Positions 50,306-50,400 of a stretch of 50,400 bases of DNA are shown here, piece by piece (the stretch's first letter is position 1; each line of letters opens with the position of its first letter). The translations under genes and the position numbers were made by a program. Below the pieces are notes generated by a model. It had not been told where the DNA came from. It saw only the letters and a program-made list of their open reading frames with translations, and made no database searches. Source of the DNA: a virus; the IMG/VR virus record IMGVR_UViG_3300034651_000168, one strand, 5' to 3'.

Positions 50306-50400
50306 ATGAGACACGAAAAATTATTTGAGATTCGAGCAATGGATTTAGACGAAAGAGAAATGACAAGCGTATGGTACACAGGGGATTACTCGATGATAGA
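50306..50400 (+). CDS. 5' part of the junction-spanning ORF (continues at 56..263)
   Basis: ATG at 50306 behind AAGGGAATAAACAAAATG. In frame with 15..263 after overlap removal. Confidence 0.6.
   Translation, partial: MRHEKLFEIRAMDLDEREMTSVWYTGDYSMI
50346..50400. repeat. 55-bp exact duplicate of positions 1-55 (circular-assembly overlap)
   Basis: The string TAGACGAAAGAGAAATGACAAGCGTATGGTACACAGGGGATTACTCGATGATAGA is identical at both ends. Confidence 0.95.

Noticed and set aside
1-50400. Integrase, recombinase, transposase, tRNA or rRNA genes.
   Set aside because: No ORF shows recombinase or transposase hallmarks, and no cloverleaf-like tRNA region was noticed in the few non-coding gaps. This is by-eye inspection only and needs HMM and tRNAscan confirmation.

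Overview
The window is a complete, circularly closed phage genome. Positions 50346-50400 repeat 1-55 exactly, so the unit length is 50,345 bp. It looks like a temperate siphovirus of a low-GC Gram-positive, Bacillus-like host: AT-rich, with GGAGG-type Shine-Dalgarno (SD) sites, a PBSX-type XkdF/XhlA/holin/amidase set, RecU and an ArpU-like regulator. About 100 genes are present, and all but two lie on the + strand.

Module order:
- Small early genes run from 47.7 kb across the junction to 0.7 kb, and again at 4.6-9.3 kb.
- A plasmid-type replication/partition operon sits at 1.28-4.5 kb. It has a RepA_N-like initiator with iterons inside its ORF, a ParA ATPase and a ribbon-helix-helix (RHH) partner.
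- A divergent repressor/Cro-like switch sits at 9.7-10.5 kb.
- A recombination module (Rad50-like ATPase, RecT-like protein, MBL hydrolase) is followed by a lytic replication module (DUF4373/DnaD-like organizer, DnaC-like loader, MazG, RecU).
- The ArpU-like late regulator is followed by an IbrA/IbrB-like, ParB-like and methyltransferase block at 21.2-25.4 kb.
- Packaging, head, tail and lysis genes follow: TerS/TerL, portal, head, tail, tape measure, Dit, Tal/fibre, XhlA, holin and amidase.

I recognised no integrase or recombinase, so I predict lysogeny as a plasmid.

Most interesting signals:
1. A 17-nt element lies in a terminator/antiterminator RNA structure at the early/late junction. 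It is antisense to the near-identical ribosome-binding regions of the repressor gene and of the ORF downstream of cro.
2. Ten dispersed intergenic (Y-AATAT)n hexamer arrays.
3. A reiterated early-promoter cassette with a 16-bp palindrome over the -35 element.
4. A candidate countertranscript RNA plus intragenic iterons at the plasmid-type replicon.
5. A tail-chaperone extension reachable only by a +1 frameshift.

All functional calls rest on motif recognition by eye. No database search was run.
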